64,000 nt of DNA from an uncultured delta proteobacterium (GTDB taxonomy: Bacteria > Desulfobacterota > BSN033 > UBA1163), in assembly GCA_963708295.1 (NCBI GenBank), contig CAVPSJ010000001.1, forward strand, positions 66,747-130,746, written 5' to 3'. Positions 61,788 through 64,000 of the stretch are shown here, piece after piece. Both the position numbers and the translations under genes were made by a program. Each line of letters starts with the position of its first letter. Within the stretch, counting starts at the first letter, position 1. Below the pieces are notes generated by a model. It saw only the letters and a list, made by a program, of their open reading frames with translations, had not been told where the DNA came from and ran no database searches.

Positions 61788-62817
61788 TCACGCGCCCATG
61801 CCGTCTTCGAACGAGCCGGCGGCGAGCGGGAAGCAGAGGTTGTCGCGCACGTACTGGATGCCATTGGCGCTGGTGGCGTCCAGATCGCGATAGGCGCTCT
61901 CGGCTTCGACAATCAGCGGCGCGGTCTTGCGTGCCCATCACCTGGCAATAGCGCTGCGGATAGCCGATGTGGATCAGCAGTTCGACGTAGCGCGTCATGT
62001 TCAGGTCGCCGGAGGGGATGTCCACGAACTGCATCGCGCGCTTCTGCCAGCCCGGCTTCCATCATGCGCAGCGGCAGGCCCGGGCGGATGACGAAGTTCT
62101 TCACGTGGCAGGCGTAGATGCGCGGGGCGACTTTGAGGAAGCGCGTTTCCCAGCTCTTCGCCTTCCCAGCAGTGCGACGGGTCGGCGTTCACCGCGAGGC
62201 ATTTGTCGCCGTCGCAAATCTCGACCAGCATGTTGAAGTCGTCGGCGCACATGGCCGCGGTGCCGGGATGGATTTCGTGGGCGAGGAAGATGCCGAGCGA
62301 TTTGGCGTGCTTGCGGATCTTGGCGGTCTTCTTGACGAAGCGTTCCTGGCCTTCCTTGAGGAAGTCGTAGTCGCCGCCCTTCCAGAAGCCCCACGGATAG
62401 CCGGTGGCCATTTCCCAGCCAAAGGCCACGCCCCAGAACATCGGCACGATCTTGACGCCCAGTTCGGCGCAGAGGTCGAGCAGCCGCAGGATGTAATCCT
62501 CCGCCCACTTCTCGATTTCGTCGGGCGATTTCTTCGCCACGTCCGCCGGGATGAACGGCCGGATGGTCGGGCTGCCGGTCCAGGCGGTGGTGTGCACCCA
62601 GAACGGGCAGTGGGCGGAGATGCCGTCGAGGCTCATGCTGCGCGCTCGAAGGTGTCCTTGATCTCCTGGCGGCTCTTGAAGCCCTTGTCGCTCTGGAGCA
62701 TGAAGTTGGACGGCTGCGCCCGGCGGCGCCGGACTTTTCGCGTAGTCGAGGAATTGCGCGAGACTCTTGGCGCCGTGCTGCGCGCCTTCGATGCTGGGAT
62801 GAAACATGTTGTGCCAT
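61788..62817 (-). CDS. Sugar phosphate isomerase/epimerase (TIM barrel), multiply frameshifted
   Basis: AHEIHPGT, NADPSHCWE, HVKN, EAESA across overlapping frames. Confidence 0.72.
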
Positions 62818-63109
62818 AATCGTCGTGTGCTGTTGGTTGTCGTTTCCTAACGCCACTGAGGAAAACCTCTGGCGCCAAAAAAAGCAACCGGAATTCTCGT
62901 GCCGGAATTCTTATGCCGTTTCCAGTTGGACACGGGCTGCACGGTCTGACCAAAACGCGTTGTGTCCCGTGCGCTCATGTTGCGGACAATTCGCCGACCA
63001 CCGCCAAACGACTCTGACCATCCCGGCACCTCACCGCCCCCAACAGACCGGGTAAAGCGGTCCAACCTGTGACAGGTTGCGGAAGATGCGCTTGCTGTTG
63101 CCCTCAGAC

Positions 63110-64000
63110 CCATCTTCGACAGTTTGAAAAGCTGGCTCCCTGATTTTCAACGACTTACGAAGACGCCAAATGGTCTTGGCACTACATTTCCGGTTCCCTG
63201 GTCTTGGACTCAGGCCTTCTCCCGCAACGTCGGCGGCAGGGCAACTCCCGCCGCCATAAACGCCTTGTGCGCCTGTCCCAGCACCTGACTGCGTAACACA
63301 AAACGCTTGCCCTGAAACAGGGCCTCGACTTCCTGGAGATTATCCAAACCGCGCAGGATTTCGGCCCACTCCCAGGTTTCGCCCTTTTCCTCCAGGCGCT
63401 GCTCCAGCGCCCGCTTGAGCAGCAAGGCCAGAAAACTGCAGAACACGTGACCGCGAATCGTCTCGTCGCGTTTGTGATAGATGGGGCGCGTTTCCAAAAT
63501 CGATTTCATCGTGCGGAACAGGTCCTCCACCATCCACAGTTCTTTATAGGCCAAGGCGATGATCTTGGGTTCGTCGGCCAGGTTGGTCTGCAACACCCAT
63601 TTGCCGTCGTAGCGGGCTTCTTCCTTGATCTTCGCCTCGTCAATGGTGAAGCGCTCCCCCGACCCCGCCTGGAGATACTTCCGATAGCCCTTGTTGCCGA
63701 TCAACTCCTTGTCCCCTCGCTTCAATTGTTCCCGCAAGTGCTCGACGATGGCTTTGCGGTCGGCGGCGTCCTTGCGCCGTTGTTCTTCATTCAGGCAGAC
63801 CACATAGCGGCGGTCGTCGATGAGGACTTCTTTGACTTTCAACGGCGAGGGATCTTTGGCCGTTTTCCGCTCGGGCGTGATCTCCTGGTAGCGACCGCGG
63901 TCGGCCAAGACCCGATCGCTCACTTCCTTCACCGAGCGCATCCGCGCCCCTAAAATGTAGTCACAGTCCATCTCCTCCGATTCCAACGCCCGGATCGTAC
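63110..64000 (-). mobile_element. IS1634-family insertion sequence (3' part)
   Basis: Transposase 3' part followed by an IS-like end ATGTAGTGCCAAGAC...ACTGTCGAAGATGG; exact boundary inferred. Confidence 0.7.
63210..64000 (-). CDS. IS1634-family transposase (partial)
   Basis: YILGARMR, YDGKWVLQTN, YKELWMVEDLFRTMK, RPIYH..IRGHVFCSFLAL. Confidence 0.88.
   Translation of the reverse strand, partial: TIRALESEEMDCDYILGARMRSVKEVSDRVLADRGRYQEITPERKTAKDPSPLKVKEVLIDDRRYVVCLNEEQRRKDAADRKAIVEHLREQLKRGDKELIGNKGYRKYLQAGSGERFTIDEAKIKEEARYDGKWVLQTNLADEPKIIALAYKELWMVEDLFRTMKSILETRPIYHKRDETIRGHVFCSFLALLLKRALEQRLEEKGETWEWAEILRGLDNLQEVEALFQGKRFVLRSQVLGQAHKAFMAAGVALPPTLREKA

Noticed and set aside
1961-63953. 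Numerous overlapping antisense and alternate-frame ORFs in the track (e.g. 6304-7005, 27031-27738, 62118-62819)
   Set aside because: Shadows of recognised genes, with no motifs or RBS support

Overview
About 59.5 kb of chromosome from a ~50% GC anaerobic bacterium. Gene content suggests Deltaproteobacteria/Desulfobacterota (inference). It is followed by a ~4.4 kb tail that looks chimeric: an AT-rich archaeal-type Cdc6/Orc1 fragment, then GC-rich bacterial MFS, sugar-isomerase and IS1634 sequence. The main part carries a 3xGAF hybrid kinase, a quinol-dependent NO reductase next to an octaheme HAO-family cytochrome, and a lipoprotein Tpx cluster. It also has a housekeeping run (ftsH-folP-pdxJ-acpS-nnr-tsaE-lysC-cimA), LPS genes, corA, tRNA-Arg(CCG), gatB-mtnA, nfi and hpt. 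A bbs-like CoA catabolic operon is headed by a flavoprotein, an FMN-binding protein and ApbE. Best novelty candidates: (i) a promoter-proximal structured RNA (36330-36470) that sequesters the RBS of the operon leading to corA; (ii) the flavinylation-linked catabolic operon with non-canonical motifs; (iii) the octaheme-qNOR pair; (iv) a 1-Cys exported Tpx module; (v) a Tat-signal radical SAM gene with an unannotated Zn-ribbon ORF; (vi) several families of MITEs and heptamer palindromes at gene junctions. Many single-base frameshifts are probably sequencing errors. All calls are by-eye motif recognition; no searches were run.
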